A stretch of DNA of 64,000 bases from an uncultured Clostridia bacterium (GTDB lineage: Bacteria > Bacillota > Clostridia > TANB77 > CAG-508): NCBI GenBank assembly GCA_944387495.1, contig CALXFD010000004.1, positions 6,798 to 70,797 on the forward strand, given 5' to 3'. How positions within the stretch are numbered: position 1 is the stretch's first letter; each line of letters begins with the position of its first letter. Positions 29,334 to 38,633 of the stretch are shown in pieces. The notes below the pieces were generated by a model. The model saw only the letters and a program-made list of their open reading frames with translations, was not told the origin of the DNA and did not search any database. A program made the position numbers and the translations under genes.

Positions 29334-30724
29334 TTATATTATTGAAAACAAAGTATTGAGCTTTTTTGTGATTTTTAATTGTTCGTTATGAGGCGGAATT
29401 GCTATTAATGTTTTAGCTATGTCTTTCATAACCCAATTTTTATTTCCAACCCCTTTTGTATTTTCTTTACATTGTTTTTGAACCAGTGGCGATAAGATTA
29501 AATTTTTTAAATATTCCCTATCTATATATTCATTATTGAATTTTAATAAAGCTAGACTAACAAATAAGCTAAATTCTATGTCGGTTTCTACTATAACAGG
29601 TATTCCTGTTGTTCCGACTTTACTTAAAATAATGTCTCCTTTCTGAGGATTACATCTTTGAAATAATATTTTGTGTTCTTCTTTTGTAATGTGCTTTGTA
29701 TTGTCTAATTTTAATGTTCCAGAACTTATATCTTTAACAGAAATAAAAGGAACACCATTTTCTACATATTTAGGAGTTTTATGCGTTCCATCAGTTAATT
29801 TTGTTAAAATATTTACTATTCTAGTCCAAGCCCAATTATCTGGAATTTCAAAAGGTATTTCTTCTGTAATATTTTTAATAGTACCATCATCAAACTTCTC
29901 ATAAAATTGATTATCTGTATTATTTTTATAAATTACAGATAAATTTTCTTTTTTAATTTGTTTAGATTTAATTAATTCACGTTTTTCGCTTAGAATTTTA
30001 TTAATTAAAATATCTGCTGGTTCATCATTTTGATCTTGTTGTACTAATTTCCCTTGTATTGCATATTGCAATATTGATTTCTTTAAATCTTCTTTATAAT
30101 TATTATTTATTTTTTCTAATCGCTCATATATATCATCATATCTGCTTATATATGGCAATAAATTTTCATATTTTTCTATAATACGTTGTTGTTCTTTTAG
30201 TGGTGGTATAGGAATTAAGAATTTTTTTAACCACCCAGTATTTAAATTTTTCTGAGCAGCTCCTTTTACATTTCTATTTATTTGTTCCTGAAAAAGTAAA
30301 GATTCCATCCATAATACAATATAGTGTTTATTCATTATATCTAAATGGTCTCTGAAAAATCCTAAACTCACAAAAATACAAAATTCTTCATCTGTTTCAA
30401 TTATTTGAGGTTTACCCATAGTTCCAACTCTACCAAACAATATGTCACCTTTATGTGGTTTACTACCATAAGAAGCTTTGTCATATGTTTCTCGACTTAC
30501 CTTTTTAGCTTTTGAAAAATCAATTTTTCCACCAGAAATATCTTTTACAGATAAGAAATATACTCCTTCGCTTGTATAATCTGGTTTATATGTAAAACCT
30601 AAATTTATTTCTTCAAAATTTTCAATTCTACACCATTTCCAAGTATCAGGAATATCAAAAGGAATTTCTTCTGTGATATCATTTATAGTACCATCTTCAA
30701 ACTTCTCATAATAATGATTATCTG
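29334..30724 (-). CDS. hsdS: silent, 5'-truncated alternative hsdS cassette (two different TRDs, no start or promoter of its own)
   Basis: Frame stays open upstream of the listed ORF through 30724, where homology to active hsdS residue ~62 begins; TRDs differ from the active copy. Confidence 0.8.
29820..30070 (-). repeat. hsdS inversion repeat IR2 (minus copy)
   Basis: Inverted copy of 27717-27967; the encoded 90 aa are identical in both ORFs. Confidence 0.85.
30633..30724 (-). repeat. hsdS inversion repeat IR1 (minus copy)
   Basis: Perfect inverted copy of 27063-27154. Confidence 0.85.
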
Positions 30725-30782
30725 CATTAATATAGTATTTCTTAGGAAAATATGATATAATTCACTGGAATGGAGGAAGAAA

Positions 30783-31556
30783 ATGTCAAATTTAAAAGCA
30801 GCAGATATACTTATAATTCAAAAGATGATAGAAAAGAAAACAAAGGATAAAGGATTAGTATGGGATTTTACTAATGCTTCATTTAATGACTTTGTAGAAT
30901 CATATACTGGATTAGATATATATGATGACAAATATATTGCAGAAGATGGTGGTTCAAAAATGAAACGTTTAAAAATGTTCTTAAAAGTAGAAGAAAACAC
31001 CTATGTAATAATGTTGCTACAAGGAATTAGTGAGTATGGTAAAAAGAGAAAGTATCTTTGTAAAAGCAATATAGAAGAATTAGAAAGATATATAAGAAAA
31101 TTGAAAAAACTTGAAAAAAATTTAAAATTTGACAAAAGTATATTTAAGAGTGAAAAAAGAGTAGAATTATTAATAAATGATATAAATGAAAAAGTGGCAA
31201 AAAAGCAATTTGAACTAGCAATAGATAGAGTTCATACATTTTTTAAAGGATATATAGAAATAATATGTGAAAGTAAAGGAATCAGCATACATGATAAATC
31301 ATTAGATGCTTTATATGGTGAATTGCTGAAATATATTCATGATAATGAGATTATAGAAGAGGGAGTTACTAAAGACATATTATCATCTTCAAAAAAAATA
31401 ATGAAAAGTTTTGATTATGCTAGAAACAATAGGTCTTTTGCACATACAAATGATATAATGAAACAAAATGAAGCAGAATTTCTATGCTTGTATATTATAG
31501 ATTTGTATAAATTTTTAAGTAAAATTAACTTGGAGAAAGATAGCTCAATTGAATAA
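30783..31556 (+). CDS. Abi_C/HEPN-like protein (candidate abortive-infection effector)
   Basis: C-terminal FDYARNNRSFAHTND carries an Rx4-6H HEPN-type motif in a helical context; GGAGGAAG RBS. Confidence 0.5.
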   Translation: MSNLKAADILIIQKMIEKKTKDKGLVWDFTNASFNDFVESYTGLDIYDDKYIAEDGGSKMKRLKMFLKVEENTYVIMLLQGISEYGKKRKYLCKSNIEELERYIRKLKKLEKNLKFDKSIFKSEKRVELLINDINEKVAKKQFELAIDRVHTFFKGYIEIICESKGISIHDKSLDALYGELLKYIHDNEIIEEGVTKDILSSSKKIMKSFDYARNNRSFAHTNDIMKQNEAEFLCLYIIDLYKFLSKINLEKDSSIE

Positions 31557-31717
31557 ATAAAATTAAGAATAATCTAATATTTAAATATTTTATTATTCTG
31601 ATAATTTATGTGTAAAGTAATTGATACAGTTATTTTAATAGAAATATATATAATTAAAAATTTATTAATATTGAAAAGAAGTATTTAAAAATATAGATTT
31701 TATAAAGGAGTTAATAA

Positions 31718-32611
31718 ATGATATTAAAAGAGAATAATGAATTAAAACAAAAAGATTTTAAGAATGAAAAAGAATTACAGATATTTTTTGAAAGAAATAT
31801 TGAAACTATATTGGGTTATAAACTTATTGATACTGAATTTTCAGTAGGAAATTTTAGAATTGATTCATTGGCTTTTGATGAAGAGACTAAATCATTCAGA
31901 ATAATTGAATACAAGAATGTGAGAAATGCTTCTTTAGTTGACCAAGGGTATACATATTTAAAATTGATGCTTGAAAGAAAAGCAGATTTTGTACTTCAAT
32001 ATAATATAAAGACTAAATTATCTTTAACTATTAAAGACATTGATTGGAGCCAATCAAGAATCATATTTGTTTCACCAATATTTACGGTATATCAATTAAA
32101 TGCTACGGATTTTAAAAATATTCCAGTGGATTTAGTAAAGGTAACAAGATATGAAGAAAATATTGTAGAAATTGATTTTATAAAAAAGATGAGTAATGTA
32201 AAAATACAAGATATCCAAACTGATTCGATACAAAATGAAGTTAATAATGAAATTATTGTATATACCGAAGAAGAGCATTTATCTAAAGTCTCAGAGAATA
32301 TAAGAAATATATATGAAAAACTAAAAAATAGAATATTAGAATTAGATGATATAGATGTTGAAGCCAAGAAATTATATATAGCATTTAAAGGATCAAGAAA
32401 TATTACAGATATAGAATTTCATAAAAACAAATTAAAAATTTATATAAATATGAAAAAAGACAGTTTAAATGATCCTTTAAAGATAGCTAAGGATATAAGT
32501 AACAAAGGACATTGGGGTAATGGAGACTATTGTGTTGAAATAAACAATGAAGATGATATAGATAATATTATTCCATTAATAAAACAATCTTTAAAATTAA
32601 ATAAAAAATAG
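31718..32611 (+). CDS. PD-(D/E)xK nuclease-fold N-domain protein with C-terminal DUF5655-like domain
   Basis: RIDSLAFDEETKSFRIIEYK fits D..(D/E)xK; C-terminal assignment is only from recollection. Confidence 0.45.
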   Translation: MILKENNELKQKDFKNEKELQIFFERNIETILGYKLIDTEFSVGNFRIDSLAFDEETKSFRIIEYKNVRNASLVDQGYTYLKLMLERKADFVLQYNIKTKLSLTIKDIDWSQSRIIFVSPIFTVYQLNATDFKNIPVDLVKVTRYEENIVEIDFIKKMSNVKIQDIQTDSIQNEVNNEIIVYTEEEHLSKVSENIRNIYEKLKNRILELDDIDVEAKKLYIAFKGSRNITDIEFHKNKLKIYINMKKDSLNDPLKIAKDISNKGHWGNGDYCVEINNEDDIDNIIPLIKQSLKLNKK

Positions 32612-32731
32612 ATAAAATAAAGCAAGATTTTTGCTTCTATTATGGAAATTATGGGAAACATTATTTTAAAAACTTTCTTTTTTGGAAATAATATGGTATA
32701 ATATATTATAGAGAAAAGGAGAGTTTTTATT

Positions 32732-33655
32732 ATGTTAGGAGAAAAAATTAAAAAATATAGAGAAGAAAAGAAAATGACTCAAGTAGAAGTTGCAGACGTA
32801 TTAGGAGTAAAACCAGCTACAATATCTAAATACGAGGCTGGAACTTTAGAGCCTAATATTGAGTCATTAAAAAAGTTAGCTGAATTATTTGAAGTTTCAG
32901 TTGATGAATTATTAAAAGAAGATGAATTTGATGTTTCTAAAATTAATGTATTAGAAGTATTAAGAGAGCAAAAAAAAATGAAACTAAAAGGGAACTTGTA
33001 TCATAATACACAGATAATTTTTGCGTATAATACAAATCACATTGAAGGAAGCAAACTAACAGAAGATCAAACAAGATACATTTATGAAACAAATACTTTA
33101 TTAACAGAAAAAGAATCAATTACAAATTTAGATGATATTATTGAAACTGCCAATCATTTTAAATTAGTTGATTATATGTTAGATGTAGCTGATAAAGAGC
33201 TAACAGAAGAAATGATTAAAGAATTTCATAAAATATTGAAAGAGGGAACATCAGATAGTAGAAAAGACTGGTTTAATGTTGGTGATTATAAGAAGTTGGC
33301 AAATGAAGCAGGAAATATGAAAACGACATTACCTAAAAATGTACAAAAAGATATGGTAAAACTAATGCAATGGTATAATTCATTAGGAAAAGTAACGATA
33401 GAAGATATAATAGAATTTCATTATAGGTTTGAATGTATTCATCCATTTCAAGATGGAAATGGTAGAGTAGGTAGAATTATAATGTTTAAGGAATGCTTAA
33501 AAAACAATATTATTCCATTTATTATATTAGATAAATATAAATTATTTTACTATAGGGGATTAAGAGAATATAAGACTGAAAAAGGTTACTTAATAGATAC
33601 TTGTTTAAATGCACAAGATCAATATACAGAAATGATTAAATATTTTTTGAGATAA
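32732..33655 (+). CDS. XRE-HTH plus Fic-domain protein (AMPylase family)
   Basis: N-terminal HTH MTQVEVADVLGVKPATISKYEAG; Fic motif HPFQDGNGRVGR. Confidence 0.85.
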   Translation: MLGEKIKKYREEKKMTQVEVADVLGVKPATISKYEAGTLEPNIESLKKLAELFEVSVDELLKEDEFDVSKINVLEVLREQKKMKLKGNLYHNTQIIFAYNTNHIEGSKLTEDQTRYIYETNTLLTEKESITNLDDIIETANHFKLVDYMLDVADKELTEEMIKEFHKILKEGTSDSRKDWFNVGDYKKLANEAGNMKTTLPKNVQKDMVKLMQWYNSLGKVTIEDIIEFHYRFECIHPFQDGNGRVGRIIMFKECLKNNIIPFIILDKYKLFYYRGLREYKTEKGYLIDTCLNAQDQYTEMIKYFLR

Positions 33656-33675
33656 TTATTAAAAGGAGAAGAGTT

Positions 33676-35097
33676 ATGAATGATTTAATAGTTTTAAATA
33701 ATAATGATATAGCAAAGAATTTAACAGAATATGATGAGAAAATGTTAAATATATATAATTATCTAGGTTTGCCAACAGAAAATATACTAGTTGGTGTTGA
33801 GGAAAGAAAAAAAGTTTTTAAGAATATTGAAGATGTAGTTGACCTATTAGAGCCAGATATTGCTATAAAATCCACTTATATATCAAAGTTTTTATCTGCA
33901 GTAAGTGCCGGATTATTTGATGCTGCATTAAATTATTTGTGGGATGAAACTGTTAACCAATTGAGATACAGAATAGCTCAATATGATATACAATATTTTT
34001 TCGATTTAGCAGTGACATCGGATAAAAGAAATAAATTATCAACGGAAGCTGATTTAGTAAAGATAGATGATAGCGAATTAATACAAGGAGCAAAAGAAAT
34101 AGGATTAATATCTGACATAGGATATCGCATGCTAGATAATATAAAATTTATGAGAAACTGGGCAAGTGCAGCTCATCCTAATCAAGTAGAGTTAACAGGT
34201 CTTCAATTAATTTCATGGCTTGAAACATGTATAAAAGAAGTAATATCATTACCATTATCTAATATTAGTATTGAGATTAGAAAACTTCTCTATAATATAA
34301 AAAATAATGAAATAACTGACACAGAAGCAGAAATAATAAGTGAATTTTTTGGAGATTTAACATTTGATAAAGCAGATTCACTTTGTAATGGATTTTTTGG
34401 AATATATTGTAGAGAAGATACGACTATTGAAACAAGAAGAAATATAAAGATGTTATTGCCAAAACTATGGAATATAGTTTCAGAGGAAAATAAATGGAAT
34501 TTAGGTATTAAGTTTGGTAAGTTTCAGGTAAATAACGATCAAAATGAAGCAAAATTGGCTAGAGAATTTTTACAAATTGTAGATGCAGAGTCATATTTGC
34601 CAGAAAATATAAAAGTTGCCGAATTAAAAATTGAATTAGAACATTTATACATAGCACATAATGCACCGATGAATAATTTTTATTTGGAACCTCCATATGC
34701 AGAGCATATAAAAAGGCTGTTAGGAAATAATTCAGTTCCTGCTCCTATAAATGATTATTACATAAAAGTTATAATAGATGCATTTTTAACTAATGGAAAT
34801 GGTATATGTTGGGGAGCAGATACAATTTATAGAGAGTTAATAAATAAATTTTCACAAAGACAGTTTTTGTTAGCAGTTACTTCTTTTTCAACTGATAAAA
34901 TATCCAGTAAACTACAGTTTACTTTATGCGTAAAGCAGTATAAAGAGCTATTAAAGATAGCAAAAGAAAATGTAACTTCACCATTATTTATTGAATTAAT
35001 AAATGAATTAGAGGGTTACAATAGTAGCTTACCTGAGTTGAGAAAAAATGAAAAGCTTATGCAAAAAATTCAACATTTAAGAAATATTATTAAATAG
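33676..35097 (+). CDS. 473-aa protein of unknown function with HEPN-like RNxxSxAH motif
   Basis: 20 nt after the Fic stop with AGGAGAAG RBS; KFMRNWASAAHPN shares the signature RNxxSxAH with 30783-31556. Confidence 0.45.
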   Translation: MNDLIVLNNNDIAKNLTEYDEKMLNIYNYLGLPTENILVGVEERKKVFKNIEDVVDLLEPDIAIKSTYISKFLSAVSAGLFDAALNYLWDETVNQLRYRIAQYDIQYFFDLAVTSDKRNKLSTEADLVKIDDSELIQGAKEIGLISDIGYRMLDNIKFMRNWASAAHPNQVELTGLQLISWLETCIKEVISLPLSNISIEIRKLLYNIKNNEITDTEAEIISEFFGDLTFDKADSLCNGFFGIYCREDTTIETRRNIKMLLPKLWNIVSEENKWNLGIKFGKFQVNNDQNEAKLAREFLQIVDAESYLPENIKVAELKIELEHLYIAHNAPMNNFYLEPPYAEHIKRLLGNNSVPAPINDYYIKVIIDAFLTNGNGICWGADTIYRELINKFSQRQFLLAVTSFSTDKISSKLQFTLCVKQYKELLKIAKENVTSPLFIELINELEGYNSSLPELRKNEKLMQKIQHLRNIIK

Positions 35098-35136
35098 AAA
35101 AATTAATTTTTCACTAATTTGAAAAAAGTACCTAAA

Positions 35137-35176
35137 AATCCAAAGTTTTTTCAAAATTTTGAAAAAACTTTGGATT
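35137..35176. terminator. long perfect palindrome, bidirectional terminator
   Basis: aatccaaagttttttcaaaa / ttttgaaaaaactttggatt, 20-bp arms. Confidence 0.65.
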
Positions 35177-35187
35177 AATTTTAACTA

Positions 35188-35478
35188 TTAATCAATACAA
35201 CCAATAATCAATTCAACTCCATCACAAAAGCCATTCCTATAATACTTCTCATTCCAATAAACAATATAATCTAAAAAGCTAGAATTAAGCAATTCAAGTT
35301 GCTTTTCTACAAATTTTCTATTCTGTTTAGGAATACTATTTAAAATCTTCTCAGAAATTTCATCAAATTTAACAGTATGTTTTCTATCTTCATCATTAAC
35401 AAAAGCAAGATTTGTTTCCTCTCTAAAATCTAACCAATCTTTTAAAATATCATCATTAACTTCTCTAAAATTATTCAT
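35188..35478 (-). CDS. small hypothetical protein at the island's right end
   Basis: GGAGGA RBS; 96 aa with normal composition. Confidence 0.5.
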   Translation of the reverse strand: MNNFREVNDDILKDWLDFREETNLAFVNDEDRKHTVKFDEISEKILNSIPKQNRKFVEKQLELLNSSFLDYIVYWNEKYYRNGFCDGVELIIGCID

Positions 35479-35564
35479 AATCTAAATCCTCCAAAATTAA
35501 AATTTTTATCAATAAAAATATTCTTTATAAGAGCCCAAACTCTAAGAACAAATGTACTACACCT

Positions 35565-35587
35565 ATTGGGTAAAAATTGGGTAAAAT
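35565..35587 (+). repeat. arm-type repeat (right)
   Basis: Identical 23-mer to 15131-15153, 118 bp inside the right core. Confidence 0.6.
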
Positions 35588-35667
35588 TTTCTCAAAAAAT
35601 GCCCTAAAAATGCACAAATGTTCTGTAAAGCAAAACTCTCGTAAATAGCTAAATACCAACAAAAACT

Positions 35668-35689
35668 CTAATTTTCACAAACTTACAAA
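35668..35689 (+). repeat. inverted sub-terminal repeat (right)
   Basis: CTAATTTTCACAAACTTACAAA, 16 bp before the right core. Confidence 0.5.
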
Positions 35690-35705
35690 AAAGGCCTAAG
35701 TCTTG

Positions 35706-35722
35706 CTCATAACCCGAAGGTC
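35706..35722 (+). repeat. att core, right copy
   Basis: CTCATAACCCGAAGGTC; the next 11 nt (aaaattcaaat) match the tRNA T-arm at 6/11, with 4 of 5 differences G-to-A. Confidence 0.8.
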
Positions 35723-35846
35723 AAAATTCAAATATATATGCCATACCTAAATAAACGAAAAATCCTTAAAAAAGTTTACCCATGACTCCATTCCATTCTT
35801 CCACAACCAATGATATAATTACAAAAAAACAAGGAGCCAATAAAAA

Positions 35847-36428
35847 ATGCCAAACATCGAAAAATACTATAACAACACCGAATTTACTACCCCAAAAGCC
35901 AATGTAAAATACTTCATCGAAAAAATACAACCACCACCAGGCAAAGCCATAGAATTAGGTTGTGGAGCAGGAAATGAAACCGTATACCTAATAAAAAACA
36001 ACTGGAAAGTGCTAGCAATTGACAGAGAAGATGTAGAACAAAGAATAGCAAAAAGGCTAAATGCAAATGAAAGAGAAAAATTCAAGTTTAAAAAAGAAAA
36101 CTTTGAAAACATAAAACTAGAAAAAACGAATGCAATCATAGCAAATGATAGCCTACCATTTTGCCAAAAAACAAAATTCCAAGAATTATGGAACAAAATA
36201 AAAGAAAACATATTAGAAGGAGGATATTTTGTAGGCAATTTCTTCGGAATAAATGACAGCTGGAAACCTCTAAGAACTGAAATGGTATTTTTAACCAAAG
36301 AACAAGTAATAAATTTATTTACAGATTTTGAAATTATAAAACTTAAAGAAATAGAAAAAGATGCAGTTACAGGCTTAGGAAAAATGAAACATTGGCATAT
36401 ATTTGAAATAACTGCAAAGAAAAAGTAG
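35847..36428 (+). CDS. class I SAM-dependent methyltransferase (TehB-like)
   Basis: Motif I AIELGCGAGNETVYL followed by acidic LAIDRE. Confidence 0.75.
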   Translation: MPNIEKYYNNTEFTTPKANVKYFIEKIQPPPGKAIELGCGAGNETVYLIKNNWKVLAIDREDVEQRIAKRLNANEREKFKFKKENFENIKLEKTNAIIANDSLPFCQKTKFQELWNKIKENILEGGYFVGNFFGINDSWKPLRTEMVFLTKEQVINLFTDFEIIKLKEIEKDAVTGLGKMKHWHIFEITAKKK

Positions 36429-36437
36429 GAGATAATT

Positions 36438-36833
36438 ATGAAAGTTTTAACAATAAAGCAACCATGGGCAACATTGATTATGCAGAAAGATAAAGAGTAT
36501 GAATTTAGAAGTTGGAAAACTCAATATAGAGGCGATTTACTAATACATGCAGGTAAAGGAATTGATAAAGAAGCATTAAATAGATTAAAAAAATATTTAC
36601 CAAAAGAATTGCCATTAGGCAAAATATTAGGAAAAGTTAAGCTGGTAGATTGTATAAAATGTGATAAAGAATTCAGAGATATGTGCCAAAGAAAGAATAA
36701 GGATATATATTCTAAAAGTATATTCAAAGAAGAATATGCATGGCAATTAGAGGATGTAGAAGTTTTTGAAGAACCAATAGAGGCAAAAGGAAAATTGAGT
36801 TTATGGGAATTTGATATGGGAGGAAATTCATGA
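36438..36833 (+). CDS. ASCH-domain protein
   Basis: LTIKQPWATLIMQKDKEYEFRSW typical ASCH N-terminus. Confidence 0.65.
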   Translation: MKVLTIKQPWATLIMQKDKEYEFRSWKTQYRGDLLIHAGKGIDKEALNRLKKYLPKELPLGKILGKVKLVDCIKCDKEFRDMCQRKNKDIYSKSIFKEEYAWQLEDVEVFEEPIEAKGKLSLWEFDMGGNS

Positions 36834-37132
36834 ATAATAAAAAATATGATGAAAGTAAAGCAAAAGAAGAAAATATAATGAATGAAATAAAAACAACTAT
36901 TAATAATACAAATGAAGATAATGTTAATAAAATCAATTGGACAAAAGTATGGAGTAAGAAATATCCTGTATTAAATACCTATCAAGAACAAGTTGATATA
37001 GAAAAATATGCAAAAGAAATTAGAAGATTATTAGACCAATTAAAACAAGACTATAATTATAGTGAGCTAGATGCAATGCTAGTGTTAAAAGATATATTAG
37101 CAAATGTATGGAAAAATAGAAAATCTATTTAA
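36830..37132 (+). CDS. hypothetical protein
   Basis: ATGA overlap with upstream gene; no motif. Confidence 0.4.
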   Translation: MNNKKYDESKAKEENIMNEIKTTINNTNEDNVNKINWTKVWSKKYPVLNTYQEQVDIEKYAKEIRRLLDQLKQDYNYSELDAMLVLKDILANVWKNRKSI

Positions 37133-37208
37133 AATGAAAGAAAGGATATGTTTATAAAATCTTAAATTAAATAAAGTTTTTAAACATATCATACGAGGTA
37201 AAAAATAT

Positions 37209-37808
37209 ATGAAGTTAGAAATATCTAATAAAAACAAAGTAGATGAAATAATATTTGTTACACATAATAAAGGAAAAATTGCTTCTGCACAAAGAGCATT
37301 AAAAAATGTAAATTTAAAAATATTTGAATATGAATTAGAAGAGCCAAGAAGTGATGATATAAAATATATATCTAAATACAAAGTAGAACAGGCATATAAA
37401 ATTGTAAATAAGCCTTGTATATCACTAGATTGTGGATTTTGGATTGATGAGTTAAATGGTTTCCCAAGGGCTTTTGTTAATTTTGCACTAGAAACTATTG
37501 GAATTCAAGGAATTTTAAAATTAATGGAAGGAAAAGATAATCGAAAATGCAGATTTACAGAGTGCCTATCTTATTATGATGGAAATGAACTTAAACAATT
37601 CATGGGATATCATGAAGGATTTTTATCAGAAAAAGTATTAGGAAAAGATACTAGTGATAAATGGTCAGAGTTGTGGTACATTTATATTCCTTATGGATAT
37701 GACAAAACTTTGGCTCAGATGACAGAAGAGGAGAGAGAAAATAGAATAAGAAATAAATCTGTAAATTCAATGGAAGAATTTGCAAAGTGGTATGAAGAAA
37801 ATCGATAG
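37209..37808 (+). CDS. non-canonical purine NTP pyrophosphatase (Ham1/ITPase family)
   Basis: FVTHNKGKIASA .. EEPRSDD .. LDCGFWIDELNGFPRAFVNFALETIGIQGILKLM matches the ITPase pattern. Confidence 0.7.
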   Translation: MKLEISNKNKVDEIIFVTHNKGKIASAQRALKNVNLKIFEYELEEPRSDDIKYISKYKVEQAYKIVNKPCISLDCGFWIDELNGFPRAFVNFALETIGIQGILKLMEGKDNRKCRFTECLSYYDGNELKQFMGYHEGFLSEKVLGKDTSDKWSELWYIYIPYGYDKTLAQMTEEERENRIRNKSVNSMEEFAKWYEENR

Positions 37809-37982
37809 TTAACAAAATGTAAAAGATAATAGGAAATGATAAACTATAAAAATAATTAAGAAAAATACAAGTCCACAAAAAATGAAAAATATAGTAAAAA
37901 TAGGCAATCACAAAAGATAAAAAAATGCAAATAATAGTTAGAAAAGATAAAATTTATAAAAAAATGGAAAAAATTACAAAAA

Positions 37983-38015
37983 ACTATTGACAAATATTGT
38001 CAATAGTTTTATACT
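37983..38015 (+). promoter_or_regulatory. strong sigma-A-type promoter embedded in a palindromic operator
   Basis: TTGACA (37987-37992), 17 nt, TATACT (38010-38015); ACTATTGACA / TGTCAATAGT 10-bp arms (37983-37992 and 37998-38007). Confidence 0.55.
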
Positions 38016-38107
38016 ATATACAGATTTCGAAATTCAAAATTATTTTAATTTAAAATTTTATTCAAAAAATCAGTTGTTCAACAAAAATTCATTAAACAAC
38101 AAAAACA

Positions 38108-38138
38108 TATATAATTTCAATATTTGAGGCTATTATAA
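38108..38138 (+). repeat. segment A left inverted repeat
   Basis: TATATAATTTCAATATTTGAGGCTATTATAA, perfect inverted copy at 38332-38362. Confidence 0.8.
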
Positions 38139-38331
38139 AATAATGTTATATTATTTAGATAAAGATTTTAAAACAGTAAAAGATAGTAAATGGAAAAAAC
38201 TTGGAAAATATATTAAAGTGAAATTTTAGATTTTTAGTATACAAAATTCATGAACAATAAAATAATTTAGATGTTAAAAAAGTAAAAAAATATAAAAAGT
38301 ATATTTAAAGAAATATATCATCATACTCCGA

Positions 38332-38362
38332 TTATAATAGCCTCAAATATTGAAATTATATA
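38332..38362 (-). repeat. segment A right inverted repeat
   Basis: Perfect 31-bp reverse complement of 38108-38138. Confidence 0.8.
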
Positions 38363-38375
38363 AAAAAATTAAATC

Positions 38376-38409
38376 TTAAATGCTTCAAATGTTTGAGGCT
38401 ATTATATCT
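38376..38409 (+). repeat. segment B left inverted repeat
   Basis: TTAAATGCTTCAAATGTTTGAGGCTATTATATCT; 32/34 inverted match to 38634-38667; shares core TTTGAGGCTATTATA with segment A. Confidence 0.8.
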
Positions 38410-38633
38410 TATAATTTATATCTAAATAAAATAAAAAAGTTTATTCATATAATAAATCCATATAAAAAATTGGTAATAATAAACTTTATTGCGGCTCATG
38501 TAGTCTTATGCAACTATTTTTCTTGTTATAAACTAAAATACGTCAATAAATTAAATAGAAAATTAGATTTTCTATTTAAAAAATTCACATCCATAACCCC
38601 TAAAATATGATAAAAGTTAATTCCTAAAAAAAT

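Larger units (their letters stand above)
14992..35722. mobile_element. integrated ~20.7-kb tyrosine-integrase genomic island (defence cargo; int, xis, rep; no virion or transfer genes)
   Basis: Perfect 17-bp direct repeats CTCATAACCCGAAGGTC at both ends; integrase next to the left end; shared arm repeats inside both ends. Confidence 0.7.

Noticed and set aside
35867-36298. 143-aa minus-strand ORF
   Set aside because: Antisense to the SAM-methyltransferase gene, which has motif I.
38380-38610. 76-aa plus-strand ORF inside segment B
   Set aside because: It starts inside the inverted repeat, has no RBS, and is low-complexity and AT-driven (NKIKKFIHIINPYKK). It is likely non-coding inverton interior.
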